64,000 nucleotides of DNA from Podarcis gaigeae. Its lineage: Eukaryota. Shown piece after piece: positions 1-14,400 of the stretch. A program made the position numbers and the translations under genes. Location: NCBI GenBank assembly GCA_964106915.2, contig OZ066917.1, one strand, 5' to 3'. The notes beneath the pieces were generated by a model that saw only the letters and a program-made list of their open reading frames with translations, was not told where the DNA came from and did not search any database. Every line of letters starts with the position of its first letter. The first letter of the stretch is position 1.

Positions 1-3000
1 TTAGCTCATCAGCAGGTAGGGTAAAGCAGATATGCCAGTTTCTGTTCTCTCCATTTCTCATTTTTCCGAACTTCAGTTCAGTTCTCCATATTTCTAAATC
101 ACTTTGCTTTTTTTTTTTAATGAAAAGTAATCAGCATTTTTGTGAACTGCTCCTACTGTACACATTTCTATATGCAATTTTGCATCGTGTAGACATTTTT
201 GCAAAACAACCCCCCCAAAAAATGCATATTTATTTGCTATTTTCTCTAACATATGCATTTATACGCACACTTAATCATTGTGTACACATTTTTTGTACAC
301 ATTACTTGTCTGGAGAACTGCATTGCGAAATCCAGATGAGAATTTTGCAGAATAGCTCTGTTTCTGTTCACATACTGTTTCAGAAAATGTGAATTTTGTA
401 AAATCGCTTTTAAATGCTAATTGAATGGCATTTCTTCCTCACCCTGTTAGTTGGCGAGCCATGAAAATGCACGTGGGTGAATTGGCTCTCAAAAACGAGA
501 GTGGTCAGGATAAAGAAAGCCATGTCAATGCACAGCAAAAATTGTAGCTCATATATCTTTGCCATCTTAAAAATACACAGCACAAAAAAAAGCTCAACAA
601 TTTTGACCTGAACCCCCCAAAAAGGGGGTAGATCACAGCCAGTTTTTAACTCTGAGAGTAGTAGATCACAGTCTCTTGGGAGTTGGCCACCCCTGATCTA
701 TAGTGTAGCACCAGGTTTTTGTTTTTTAAAAAAGCAACACTGTACAGTATGCAAAAACATTTCAAACATACAAGTTAAGCGAACCAGCAAGACATTTTAA
801 TACTTGAATTTCAGTTTCGCAACTCCACAGTTCCTAATCAAAAAGCTGCAAAGGAAGTTTTGGTCGACAGCAACGGGAACAAAAAGCAGCCCTAAAAATA
901 TGAACCTTCAACTAAAAATATCTGCAGTTATTTCAACTTCATTTTTCCTTGTTGTCTAAACCAGCCACGCTGTACTTGCTTAAACAAAACGTTTAAAAAT
1001 GCAGCTGTCATCCATTCTATTCCCTCCCGTAGCTGAGCACAATTGTTGTTTTATAATAAAATGGTGACATTAGTTCATATCATGTGATTAAGGAGGATTC
1101 ATCAGACATTAGAGCCCATAATCACAGCCTATAGTCCCATTTCACGTTTACAACTGGCACATCCCATTTGACCCTGCTTACTAAAGCACTTTTATTATAC
1201 TAGCCCAAAGGACAAGGATTGAACAGAGACAAAAGAATGCAGGGGAGCAAATTTCTGTCACACTCACAGCTGTGTGCTCAGAGTACCATCCCAGCTCCAC
1301 ATGAATAGTGGGGGGAAATGGGAGTCTAGTCAGCACCACTTGATAGGGATCTCCAATCTCCCCTGACCTGTCTAACTCCAGGACCCCTTTTTCTCTCCTC
1401 CATCCCCCTGATGGCTTTGGAATTAGCCCAATCAACCTAGCCAGGCAATAAATTTAATTTTCAAAAGCTTAGGACAATCATTGGCCAGGATCCAAAGAGC
1501 TGTGCAATTTACCTTTGTGAAATGAAGGAAGTTACATAATGGGGTTGTGCGGCCAACGTAGTGCAGGTGACTTTGTACTTTGTTGGACAACTGATTGCAC
1601 AAGCCTAGAACGGAAAGCCTTTTTAAATTTTGTATTTAAAGCCTGCCCTTCTTCCAAGGAGCTCACGACAAATTGACACAATTCATGTGCCAAAATGGAT
1701 CGCAAGGGGGGGTCCAACAGGACTTTTCTAAGCTGGGTGAATGGGAAGTAAAATGGCAAACGTCAGCAAGTTTTAAGTGATGCATATTTTGGCAAAATGC
1801 TCCAATTCCACAGAATGGGTTCTGACCTGGCAATGGCTGGCCAGGAGAAAAGGCCAGGGAGGGACCACCTAAACACTCTCATGGGCCTCCTTATTGATCC
1901 GGAGGGTAGCAGGTGGTGAGGCAGCCCAGGGTCAGGGTGGGGGCCACCTTTGCTTGGCCATGACACACCATGACACACCACACTAGGCTGAGCTCCCTGC
2001 ACCTCCATCTCAGTAAGAGCCAGAGGCCCAGAATGGGGCAGCTTTGACTGCAGCTGCCGTATTTGCTTTAATTAGCCATTAAACCATTTCTTTTTTTATT
2101 TGAATATCCTGCTGACTGAACAAATATTTCAACCAAGGAAGAAAATGGACAGGAGTTAAAAGGGGTGGCGGCAAACTCCCTCCCCACCGGTCTTAGCTGC
2201 TCTGCTGTGGAATCTCTGGGTCACGCAGGAGGGTCTCATGGGGGAAAGAACCCCAAGCCTGGAATTGTCTGCTGGCAGAGTCAGATGCCACAGAGTGGGA
2301 CACAAGTATCTACCGTGCTGCTGTCTCTTGCCACTTTGGGCTTGTGGCAGCAGATGCCTATGTGAGATGCAGCAGCATACCGTAGTATAGGCAGGGAAAG
2401 GGAACACTAGGAACAACTGGCAGGGAGGGGAGCTATGAACCTGGCCTCCTGGCAGCAGTGTCCCTTCTTAGCAGGGCAGTGGTGAAGCTTGGGCAGTGTA
2501 TATGCATGCCAGCGGAGCCAATCCAGCATTAGACCAGCCCAGACCTCACCACTCCCCTGTTCCACCTGCACTGGGTAAGCAGTCGCAACGCCACTGCCAG
2601 AAGTTCAAGGGCAGAGCACCACAACTCCCTGCTGGCCCTCTAGATAATATTGGATTCCCAATGGTGGGGATTTCAGTCCAACAGCACGTAGAGGGCCACA
2701 GCTTCCCCATCTCTGTTATATGGAGAGCACTTCCATAGCACGGAAACTGGCAGCAACATGGCCTGACTCGTGTAAGCATAGTCACCCAAAGGCTTTCTAA
2801 ATACCACAGAAAGCAGATACTCTGACGTATCAAATAGGTGCTAGAGCAGCAGAGAACCTGCTGAGCTCCAGATGTTCTTGTGGCTCCAGCTCCCATCAGC
2901 CCCAGCCAGCGTGGCCCATATTCAGGGATGATGGGAGTTGTAGTTCAACATCTGGAGGGCCACACATTTTCCACCTCTGGGCTCTAGAGTGTGTTGATGT

Positions 3001-5139
3001 GATAGCCAATTTTAATATAAGGGTAGGATCAAATTGGTTTTAAAATCTTTTGAGGCATTTTATGGAACCAAATATTAATTTCATTGCAATCATTAAGTCA
3101 CCAAGCCTTCTTTCGAGGAGCAAAATAAATTTTATTAAAAAATTAGACAATAAAACTGGAATAAAGAAACACAGGCAAGATTTGATGACAGTGGAGAGAA
3201 AAAAAGACACCATATTATATACATGAGCAGTTATAAGCAGAAATCTGTGTATCAGCAATAGTCCTGATTATCCTGTATAGCACAATCACTTCATCATCAA
3301 AGATATTTATTTTGTTCAGCCTTCCTATTTCCCAAAGCTTGCAACTCTCAGACTGATAACTTAACCAATTATTAAGTATAAATTAATGTAAATGTATATC
3401 ACATTCCTGATCTCCTGACCATGCTGCTGGTTTAACAAGTTCCCTCCCCATTCCCTCTCATGAATCCTTACTCCACTGCCTTTATTTTAACCACGGTGAA
3501 GCATTATGTCTGCATCATCACCAACCGTGGCTAATGCCAACCAGATTTTGAACTGGATCTGAAAACCCTGGTTATGAAACTGGTTAGCGTTGATGCAGAT
3601 CTAACATGCCTAAAGGAAATAAAAGACAGGAGATGGAGAGGCTGTGGCTATGAGATCAGGAACACTACAACTAAACCAGAAGAAAGCTATGTGTGTTTTC
3701 AAGACAATGGAGTGAGTGCTCTCCCAACCAAGTATTCCCATATCTAAAAACAAAAAGGGGTGTGTTTAGGCACATGACTTCTAAGACTGACATACTGCTG
3801 AATTGCTTTAGGAAGCATACCATAAAATGCACACAACTCCTATGCTTTTGGTTTATTTAAACACTCAGACCTAAATGTAGGTTCCAGTCTTTAGAGTGCA
3901 ACAGAAGTTTCAGCCAAGAAAAACCTGCACAACTGAACCTAGGTATCTTTAAAAACAAAAACACAAAAATAACATGTAGATGTTGCTGAAAGTCGGTTGT
4001 GGAAGCCTCTCTATTGATGTCGCTATGAATAGAGCTGCATCTCTTTGTAGGTATCTATAGGGCATCTTCATACATCTGAATTCAGGTTTTCATAAGGCAT
4101 CTCTACAACTGTTAATCAGGAACAATGGGGCCCTAATCAAGCATATGCATGATCAAACCAATGTTTAAAAGCAGTATATACATATGGTTTGTAGCAAACC
4201 AGCACAGGATAATGGGCAACTTAAAACCATGGATACTTCGTTCCATCTGTATTTTAGCTCACACTGCCTCAATTGGAGTTTGACACAAACATCTAGCCAA
4301 AGCAGAACCATCCTAGAGAAAAAGTTGCAAAGAGAATTTATCACTTGTTTCTTTACATAAACAAGACCGTAGATGATGCAGACATAACAAACAGTGTGCT
4401 GCTTGCTGCTGTCAAGCAATAGTAACTGTACAGCTTATTACTGGCAATATTAATTTCTAGAATGAAAGGTGTCCCTGAGCTTATTGCAAGGTTGTATTTT
4501 GAAAAGAAAAGAAAAACCCTCCCATTACAATGGTATTTCAATAGTTTATGAGGTTTGGTCTGAATATACTTTTAAGTCCTAAAGTGTTGCCGGGCTCAGG
4601 AGTGATTTGGCTGGACAAGGAGGGGGAATAGGTGGATGACAGTGTGATGAATGGGGCTGGGGTTGGGGGACATAGGCTGGAGGGGAACACTTCCCCCTTC
4701 CAGGATGCAGCTGCACTGGCTGGGGAAGCGGGACCCCCACCTCTCCTCTCCGAGGAAGGGGCACAGAAACAGAATCCAAGGGGAGGAGTCAGTCCACTCT
4801 TAGGGGAGGTTGCCCAGGACCTGGTAGACAGTGACCATCTACATGTTCAGCAGTCTTGCAAGGCACAAGTCTCACGAATAAGAACGCCTTGCCAGTCTTT
4901 GAAAGCTTGGTGAGTGGGTGTGCCAACCTATTGGGACAATTCTGTTGCTTCCTTGCAGTTCTGAACTCCTTGCCCTGATCTTGGACTCCATCAACCTGGA
5001 CCACTGCTTCTAGCTTGACTAGCCTTTCCTTTCCTGCCAGCTAGCCTGAGCGTAGCAGATGCTGTGACTCATCACCTGTTACTGAGCCTGTATGTCTTCT
5101 CTGCTTTAATAAACATCTCTTCCTTGCTCTCATATAAAC

Positions 5140-5696
5140 TTAGAGTTGGAAGGGACCCAAGGGTCATCTAGTTCAACCGCCTGCATTGCAGGAATCTCAG
5201 TTAAAGCATCCATGGCAGATCCAGCTTCTGCTTAAAAACCTCCAAGGGAGACTGTTCTACTGTCAAGCATCTTACTGTCAGTAAGTTTTTCCAAATGTTT
5301 AGTCAGAATCTCCTTTCTTGTAACTTGAAGCCATTGCTTCAAGTTACAAGATGCAGCCTAGATTAGCATTAGCTTTTTTTTTTTTTGGCTGCTGCATCAC
5401 ACTGTTGACTCATGTTAAGCTTGTGGTCGACCAAGACCCTTTTCACATGTACTGCTTGTAAGCCAGGTGTCCCCCATCCTATAGTTGTGCATCTGGTTCT
5501 TCCTGCCTAATTACAGAATCTTACATTTGTCCCTGTTGAAATTCATTTTGTTAACTTGTGCCCTGTTCTCCAATCTGTTAAGATCATTTTGAATGCTGAT
5601 TCTGTCTTCTGCGGCATTAGTTACCCCTCCTAGTTTGGTGTCATCTGCAAACGTGATGAGCATCCCCGCAATTCCTTCATCCAAGTCATTTATGAA
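5140..5696 (-). mobile_element. CR1 LINE 3' fragment
   Basis: CR1-type RT and 3' sequence (gcatcacactgttgactcatgtt, ctagtttggtgtcatctgcaaa = reverse FADDTKL; tagagttggaagggacc tail). Confidence 0.82.
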
Positions 5697-5754
5697 GACT
5701 CACCACCTGTTACTGAGCCTCTATGTCTTCTCTGCTTTGAAAAACATTGGGCAA

Positions 5755-5830
5755 AAGATTCCTGTATTGAGGGGCTGGACTAGATGACTCTTGTGATCCC
5801 TTCCAACTCTACAATTCTATCATCCTATGA
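5755..5830 (+). mobile_element. CR1 3' terminal fragment
   Basis: ggactagatgac...cccttccaactctacaattctat tail. Confidence 0.7.
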
Positions 5831-7599
5831 TTTATTTTAAGCCTTAGGAATAACTTAAGGGTCAACAAGGGCCAACTGAGGAAACAACCAAATTGTTAAA
5901 GTTCGTCCACTTAAGGCTAATTAATAGTACTGTGTACAGTTATTGTACGCAGTGTACACCTCTTACCTTAAGGCTGTGATTCTGCACTTGGGATACTGTA
6001 TTTCCAGGCATTCAAAAGTGCAATAAAGAATACCTTCAAGTTACATGAGCCATTGTACCTTGTAGGACAAGTACAGCGGGATAATACTCTTTTCCTTTGC
6101 ATGGTAGTCTTTGCATGGTATGTGCTCCTCTTGCACCAAAGCAAACCTCCGGTCAGACACACCATTTTGAGAAGGTGGAACCAGTCGTTATTCCAACCCA
6201 AAGCAAAGCATTCATTAAAATCTACTTGCATGCAGGTGGAATATCAAGGTCTCTTTATTGAAAAGGTATCTGCAGGAATATCATACAAAGACAAGGAACC
6301 AAAGGGCTGCACACAATGTCAGGTGTGCAGTGGGATCCACCCCATCCCATTGCAACACTTTATGCTGACTGAAAAACCACCCCTGGATCTTCCAGCGAGG
6401 GGTTCAACATTGTGCCACAGGATGCAGCCAGAACTTCCAAATTATCACACCTACTGACCTCTGAAAATTCAGCAGTGCTTTTGGCTCATGCAAGATGCTT
6501 GTGTGTAGATCCTTGCCAAAGCCAAACTGCACTGCTGTACAGCGTGCAGAAGAACCTAGAATTGTACAACAGTCACCTGTATAACTTGTACCTGAGCAAG
6601 AAAAATTCCAATTGATTAGGTCCATTATTTGTACAGGCATGGAATAATGGATTGGCAAGTACAAAAAGCAAAGGCTTTCGATCACAGTATGCAACCATCT
6701 TATCTAGTAAAGTACTACCATCAGCTCAGTGGTGGTGCCCTGTTTATGTAGTTCACACTCCAGACCCTTGCCTGACACCTCCTTTGCCTATCCTTCTGGT
6801 GCCAACAATATTTTATTTCTCCAGGATTTTGATGGTTGAACAGCAATATTTGTATTGCTGTCGTTTTTTAACCCGCTGTTTAGGCTTTTTAAATTTTGGT
6901 ACTATCTTGTTGTGTTTGTTTTCTTTTTTATTACGCAATCTACCCTGAGAATATTTACACCGAAGGACGGCAAGGATCGTGGCTGGCCAATGCGGAGTCC
7001 TCCAGATGTTGCTGTACTATAGTTCCCATCACACCCAGGCAGCATGGCCAATGGCCAGGGAAGATGGGAAATGTAGTCTAACGAAAGCAAGCGTTGGTAC
7101 TTACTGTGGTAAGTCCCTTCTTTGTAAGGAGGAAGAGGCTCCTGTGTGGGTTATCCCCGCCTACCTCTCCACTGGCAGGAGGTCAAACTTTCGAGAGCAT
7201 AAACCAGGGGGCAGGGCAACCCTGCTTTCTCTCTTTTGGTGCGTCTGGAGCTGCCAGCAAGAGCAACCTGCAAAGGAGCTGGCAGGAAGCTGAACTGGCG
7301 AAGAACTGCCCTGTACCCTCTCAGAAATTTGATTTCCTGCCAGTGGACGCGGGCAGTGACAACCCACACAGGATTGCCTTCCTCCACTACAGGAGAATCA
7401 CTTGGGTTACCCTGGCAAGTTTGTTTTAAAATGGCTGCATTTTAATGCAGCCAGGTTAGGAAAGAATGAACAGGAAAGTTGTTGAACTGTGTATATTCCC
7501 CAACGGCAAGGTATGTCTAAACGGCCTATATGTTTTCACCTTGTGCTCTTATGCAACATGTACTGTAATTGTAAGGGCAAATTCAGAGTCGCAGATAAG

Positions 7600-8293
7600 G
7601 AAAGGATACTAAGATCTTTTTAATAAGGGCAACCAAAAGAAAAGAAAAAGTTGTTTCACCAGGATAGATTCACATTACAGTACATCAACATCGACAGCAT
7701 TCTCTTTCGTCTATTTTTGGTACATAAGATGGAACCTCTCTACATAACCTCGTAAGGCTTCAGTAACTAAGAGTAAAAAACCTATTAGTTTACAATTTCT
7801 TTAAAAAATTCTGAAAGACACAGCAAGTTCTAAACTTTAGTAGTGCTACCCATACACAACTACCTGATTTCAGAACCCAGTAAGAGCCCAAACGTCTTTT
7901 TCAAGGAAGCTCTGCAGCAGTGAAGTTGTGCAATATGGATGTTGCTTACTATGACTAAAAAAGAATAAAAGAGAGAAAGAAATACACATGGCACATTCTC
8001 ATTCATGTTTTGCAATGTAAAAAGTTACAAACATACCTAACCAAATAAATAATAATTAAAAAAAAGATGAATGTGTTTGTTAAGTATCCTAAAACCACTA
8101 TGGAGAATAATGGCCACATTCGCTCACAGATTATTTACATGGTAATACCCAGCTGAGGGTACACTGCTACAAAACGTGTTAAACAAAGAGTAAACTTGAA
8201 ATGTTTTACTTTTTTCCATAATAAAAGTCTAGCAGCTTGACTAGCTAATGCTGTTGTGTTTTCCTTTTCCCCCACAGAGAGTTTGGAAAGTGT
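7600..8293 (-). other. ZMYM2: Proximal ZMYM2 3' UTR with candidate ATTAAA poly(A) signal at about 7619-7624; may extend further left
   Basis: AU-rich non-repetitive sequence after the stop, with UGUA motifs upstream of ATTAAA and pyrimidine-rich sequence downstream. Confidence 0.45.
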
Positions 8294-8486
8294 TTAATCT
8301 ATGTCTTCATCCAGTTCGTAATTGTCTTTATCATAAATATCTTTTACTAAAAGAACCCGTACGAGCATGTTTTCCAATGTATTGCGATCCACTGAGGTGG
8401 AGGTGTACCAGACCGTGCTGTCTGAGGGAACCGGGTAGGCTGGCTGCAAATAGAACACATCCATTCTCTGACTGAGATTGGGCGGG
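8294..8486 (-). CDS. ZMYM2: ZMYM2 last coding exon ([15 protein letters not shown]...DEDID*)
   Basis: Acceptor cacctttcag; TAA stop at 8296-8294. Confidence 0.96.
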
Positions 8487-11400
8487 CTGAAAGGTGAGAA
8501 GAGGACAAGATGAAAACAACAACAACAACGTAGCCTATCCACATAGACATTCATTCATATGATGTCAGGGTACAACTACGGTTTTCCACACACTTCTGTT
8601 AGAGCAGAAGAGCACCTAGTTAAATAGTGACTTCATGTAACATGCAAAAGCTAGTACCTTAACACAAGTCACACTATGGAAAAGTTCATAAAATCAGTAT
8701 TTATCATCCCCAAACCCACTGAGAAACAAGCAACTGAGGTTTACTACTGCAAACAGCCCAAGGATGATCATATTCAGACTTTTCTACTGTTGTCCTGTCC
8801 ATTCTTCCTTTAACAATCTGAATCTTATCATGAATGTTTAGATACATGCCTAGTGCTCCCCCTATTGGCTTTTCAGCAGAAGCAAGGCAGATATTTTGGT
8901 GTAGCCCACCAACTCAAAATAAGCAGAGGAAAAAGACCTGGGAAAAAGAGGGGGTCTTGTGAGACAATCCAAATGGAAACAGTCCAAACATTCATGCAGA
9001 CGAAGAGGCCACTGCCGTTACAGATCATATTGTTTTTAAAGAAATAAGGAAGAATTATGTTTGCATTATGCTGTATCTTTCTTATGAGAAAGCATAATTA
9101 TCTCTGTTAACAGAGAGAACAGAAGCAATAAGAAACAGATTTACATATACACAGGCTTCACCGCTATTGTTATTTCAATACCTCTTAGATAAGTAGCATT
9201 CAAACATTTTCACAGGGCATCTAGAGGGATCCGCTGTGTTCTCAGTTTGTTCAAATACCGGCTCATCATCTTCATGCTTCCTTTTTCCAGTAGTAATTTT
9301 ATCTTCTAGAAGAGAAGAAAAAAAAAGAAAGGAAGAGACAAAAGACTATCAGAATGGAATGAATGGAGTGCAAGCCCAAAGGCTACAGTCCTGGAAAGCT
9401 GAACCTTTCCATCTAAACCTAACAGCCCTGCCCCACAAATGGCTGTGTGATTTGGAAGGTGGAGGTATGTGGAGAGTGAGAAGGTTAGGGTTAAGCATTC
9501 CTTCCCCAGCTGCCACCCCACACATTATCCCCCCCCCAATAAATCAGTAACTCTAACTTTCTCTTGAAGGGGTGAAGCTGCAGACAGAAGGCCAGAGCAT
9601 GGATCCCAAAGCAGTGTGGGCTGGTGGTACCCCACCCCTGCCACAAGGAATGATAGCTACATCTCCTCAGCTGCTAAGTAGTGACTGATTAGCCCTCAGT
9701 TTACAGCAGCTCTTTTTCAATGCTATGCAAAGAATGGGGAAGAGCGAGGTGTTCTATGTGATACACGACGGGGTAGAATATAAAAGAGCAATGAACCTGC
9801 CTTGAATAAAATCCATAACATCTGTCCTTTAAGTGTGGCTGTGGTTTCTTTGCCACAGCTTTGTGGGAGTGCCACATGGTTTGGCTTCAAGGAGGCACAA
9901 CCGAGAGACACCTGGTCAGAAACTCTGGAGGCGCAGTGCTAACCAGTGGAGACAATACAGAGCTGAGTGTGCAATCTGCCCTCTTTCCAGAGGCAGACCT
10001 CTCCCCTTTAGCTAGAGGTCAGCCACTGCCTCAGGTCTGTCTGAGAGAGATGGCACTATTGCTGTTGATTTCTTACCCACCCTCCACCACAGGGTCCCAG
10101 GGCAGGTTGCGGAAATTGAGAAGCCTGTAGAAATTCATAGAGCCAAGTAAGTAGCCCAGTGGCCCTTTCGATTGGGCCAAATATGGATGCTGCCACCATA
10201 TTCACTTCAGAATGCTATGGTACCTTCGTTATCCGTTCCACACAAGGAGGAAACCTGGTATCTCAGACAAGCTTTGCTATCCATTGTTAGGGGATTTTTC
10301 TTCCAGTGCCTATAAACGGTGCCAAAGGAAAGTCTTAAGTGCTGCTCCACTGTTTTCAGGCCAAAATACTTGGTGTTGAAGTAGAACAGTGTATTTAGAA
10401 GAGCAACTGGAGAGTGCGATCCTAACTGCTTTATCCTCCACAGATAGTCTTCTTCAACCCGAGAAAAAATTGAACCTGGTAGGAGAAGGGGGGGAGGGGG
10501 AGGAGATGAGTATTCTGTAAATGAACCTATGGAATTTAACCAAAAAAAATGTGCTAAACTGAATTATCAGTTATATCTCTCAGAAATATCTGCTACAAAT
10601 TAAAAATTCACAGTCCCACCTCTTCAGTCTAACCAATCAATTGAAGTTTACATATATCTACGACTGACAATCAGCTTCATGGAACTTAAAACACGGAGTT
10701 TTAATTGCACTGAACTTGCTTAAGGAGCATGAATTCAGAAGGAAAAGAGGATAATGACCAAGACAAGAACAGTTACCGTCTGGAAGTATGCTTGGTTGCC
10801 AGCATCTAAGTATTTTATTTATTTCCTGCTCAAATGTTTGATAGTCTGGATCCAAGAAGATATTATCCTTTCTATTGCTTCCGTTCAAATACTACAGGAA
10901 AAGAGGAAAAGCAAAATATTTAGTAGACCAAGACAAAAAGAAAAACAGAAGCAAAAACTATTCCTTATATATACATATGAAAGCAGGCCATTTATTCATT
11001 TTAAGTTTTACAAACCACTCTCCCTCCAAAAATGAATTCCTGAGTAGTACACAAAGTAATTTAAAATTACAGAAAAGGATATGGTTAAAAGTGTTTGAAG
11101 GTCTGAATATTTTTATATATTTTAAGCTGCTGTATTTTATGCTAACCCTTCTTGCTTATGCTAGCATCTCAAGTTTAACACATTTGTCTCAGTTTAGTAA
11201 TTAACAGGCTTGTCAAATATTAGGTTGGATTAATAGCTTCCATTCCCTTCCATTCACAGAGGTTCTTCCAGGAATGCAAAGGCCTTTGAAGTAAGAGAGG
11301 AGATAATTATCCTCTGGACATCTGTTACTGGGTGCTAGGAGCATGCTTTTTGTGACTAGAATTGCACTCACAGAAGCTTTGGATACAACAACCAATTTAT

Positions 11401-14400
11401 TCTACAGACCAAGACACCTAGTAGTATTAGTTACAAAAAACATATTTAATCGTGGGGGGCGTGGAGAGAGACACAGAAGGGGAAGGGAACGGTTTTGGGT
11501 TGAAAGAAAGCAAAAAGTATTTGTTTTCCACTTCAGCCAGTTCCACTTTGGCCACGTTTACTTTTAGAAAGTATTTCAACAGATAATTCCTTATTTTGCC
11601 ACTGCCAGTCTTTCATTCAAGATTATCATGATATCTCTCCCATACAGATTACACTGTTGTTAAAATGACTCACTTCCTGAATCCCAAGACACAAATAATA
11701 GATGCTGTCAGGTGCATAGTTTTCCCCATTTGGTCTCCGGATCTCATTAACGAAGTGTGCCAACCCAAAGTTTAGCTCAGCAGACGTATGCGACACGATG
11801 TCTTCTTTCAATTTCACTGTTTTAGCTGTAGCGCAAAATATTGAGTATCATGTAACGCAAATCCCATGTCATAAAACAAAGCATCTAGCAGAATACAGGA
11901 AATAGATAAAACACATACAAAAGAAAATGCAAACACTATTGAAGAAGCCCATCTCAGACAAGAGAATTTTTTCACTAAAACTGGCAATTTCCATTAACAC
12001 TTTTATAACGCTTAACTATTTGGTACTCGTAGTTATTATTTGTAATATCTTGCTATGACCCTGTTTCACAGATCAGGCACTCAAGCTGAGAGCAACTTGC
12101 CCAAAGCCACCCCAACAAAACATGGTAAAGCAGAATTCGAACCCCGATCTAATCTCAACCCACTGTCTAAGCTCAAACCACTGCTTGCCTGCCTGCCAGA
12201 CCTGAGACTTATAGCTAAGTAGGAAATACTTACTTGAATTCAGCTCATCTAATACTGGCAGATCTTCATCTAGATTCCTAGTTTTTACCCAGTGTTTCCA
12301 CGCATTTACACCATACGCATACTTGAAGGGGAAACTGCACTCTGAATTCTCAGAGCTATCATCCTGAGAGTGGTACTCTGACACTGCTTTTCTCTTCGCT
12401 CCCTGCCATTAAAACAGATCTGTAAACATTACTGCTTATAAACATTGAATTTACACCACTTCTGCACTCTACTATGGGCAAATGAAAGCCAAGAAAGTCA
12501 TAAATACCAGCCATCAAGTTTTTTTTTTAAAAAACCAAAAACACCCAAGTAATACTTGCACTTTACTGAGCTCAAATCAGCATAATGGTTCCCTATAATA
12601 TAATCCCTTTCAATAACTGTTCTGCACTAAGATCCAAAGTTGGTTTTAATTATGCAATAAATAATAATGATGATGATGATGCAATTATTGTTTAATTAGG
12701 GCCACCAGTGTAAAGGCACTTTACAGCATTGTTTTCAGAGGCAACAAGCTTGAGAAAGGTAAACTACATTCTGGAGTTGGGAATAATTTTATTCAACATT
12801 ATGCCTAAAAGGCAGTATTAAAATTTTAGATTTAACTTTGAAAAGATAGGTAAGACATGTGTGAGAACTCCAAACATTTGTGTTACTTTAAGAATTACTC
12901 TTAGGGGTGTTGTTGCTTGAGGAGGAAAATCTAAATGGAGATCTTCCCTGATTTAATTTGAAGCATGGTCCATTTAGAAAGGCATTATCTTAAGGAAGCT
13001 CCATTGTATCAAAGGAAGTAGCATAAAATGACTATCGTGCTGTTTACACAGCTCCCTTTCATTTCAGTAGGTTTAGTTCAAGAGACCTTCTCAGTGCCCC
13101 CCCCCAAAAAAAACTTCAGTAGCACACGACTGCCACCTAATGAAATGCTTCACCTTCATTCATGGTAAGGTTATTTCAGGATCCTACTATACAAAAGGTC
13201 ACAGCCATATCTTCCATTTCCCATGCAATGAATATAAGTTTGGAATACATTTCAGTCACAAAAACTATATGCGTACCTTCTTCTTAGTTCGAGGTCTTGG
13301 CTGTTCCTCGTATTCCTCTCCAAAGACAGGTGGCAGCAAAAATTCACTTTCTGTGTCAAGTTCCTCTGTTGCTGTACATATATTGGAAGGGTATGAATGC
13401 AGTTAAATGTCATGTAACCTAAAACTGTCGTATCGGGTGCATATAACTGACAGAAGCCTTAATTATTGTACAATGTGTTTTACACATTATTCATCAGTGC
13501 TGGTCCCTATTCTAGAAAAACCTGCAGAAGACAGTATTCTGAGAAGCACTGGTAGCATAACATTTATTGCTTTCTGCAAAAGTGGTTGCTTCAGTAGCGC
13601 TTGAGTAAGACAACAATTTATCACTTCATTCCTACTCCCTTTGTTTTTTGGTATGAGAGAGAAAAAGAGAGCAGTGCAGTTGAGGTGCAGGAAATGGGGT
13701 CTAGCATTGGTTTGCTAGAATAATGCGACCTTCCAAGGTGAGAGCATGTAAGTTGACAGGGATGTCTAGTCCCTCCTCGTGTAGATATAAAATTCTAAAG
13801 CAAGTTTGACGGCCAATAGGTTCAAGATAAACAAAATATATCTTCCTGCAGTGCAGAACTCATAGTAACAAGATGTGGTGACTGTGACCATGGAATATGG
13901 CTTTTATATGAATTAGAGCAGGGGTGGCCAACTCCCAAGAGACTGCGATCTACTTATAGAATTAAAAACTGGCAGTGATCTACCCCCATTTTGCGGGGTT
14001 CAGGTCAAAGGTATTGAGCTTTTTTTAGGGAGGAGGAAAGGGTTTTTGGGGGAGAAAGAGGAACAGCCACTCAACAACAAATCGCTGGAGAAACAAACAG
14101 CCTGACTGACTAAATTCTGTCTTCCGTTCTGCAGATTGTGCAACAATGGAGGGCGGGGCCAGATTTGATTTTACTGCTGCTAAAGAAAGGGACCTAGCGA
14201 TTGACCACGATCTACCAATACCTCCCGGGATCTACCAGTAGATCACGATCGACCTGTTGGACATCCCTGAATCAGAGGATAGCAATGGCTTATAGCCAGA
14301 ACAGTAAGAAAAGAGTAACAGTTGCACCCATTTTCAAGGGAAGGGTGCCTCTGAATTCCAGATTAAGGGACAAAAACAGGTTGCACCTTTCACCATCATG

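Noticed and set aside
4580-5130. GC-richer segment starting with TG and containing AATAAA, a possible solo LTR
   Set aside because: No clear TG...CA boundaries with a TSD could be established.
5968-7445. Many 60-134 aa ORFs downstream of the ZMYM2 stop
   Set aside because: No homology or splice structure; they overlap UTR-like and repeat sequence.
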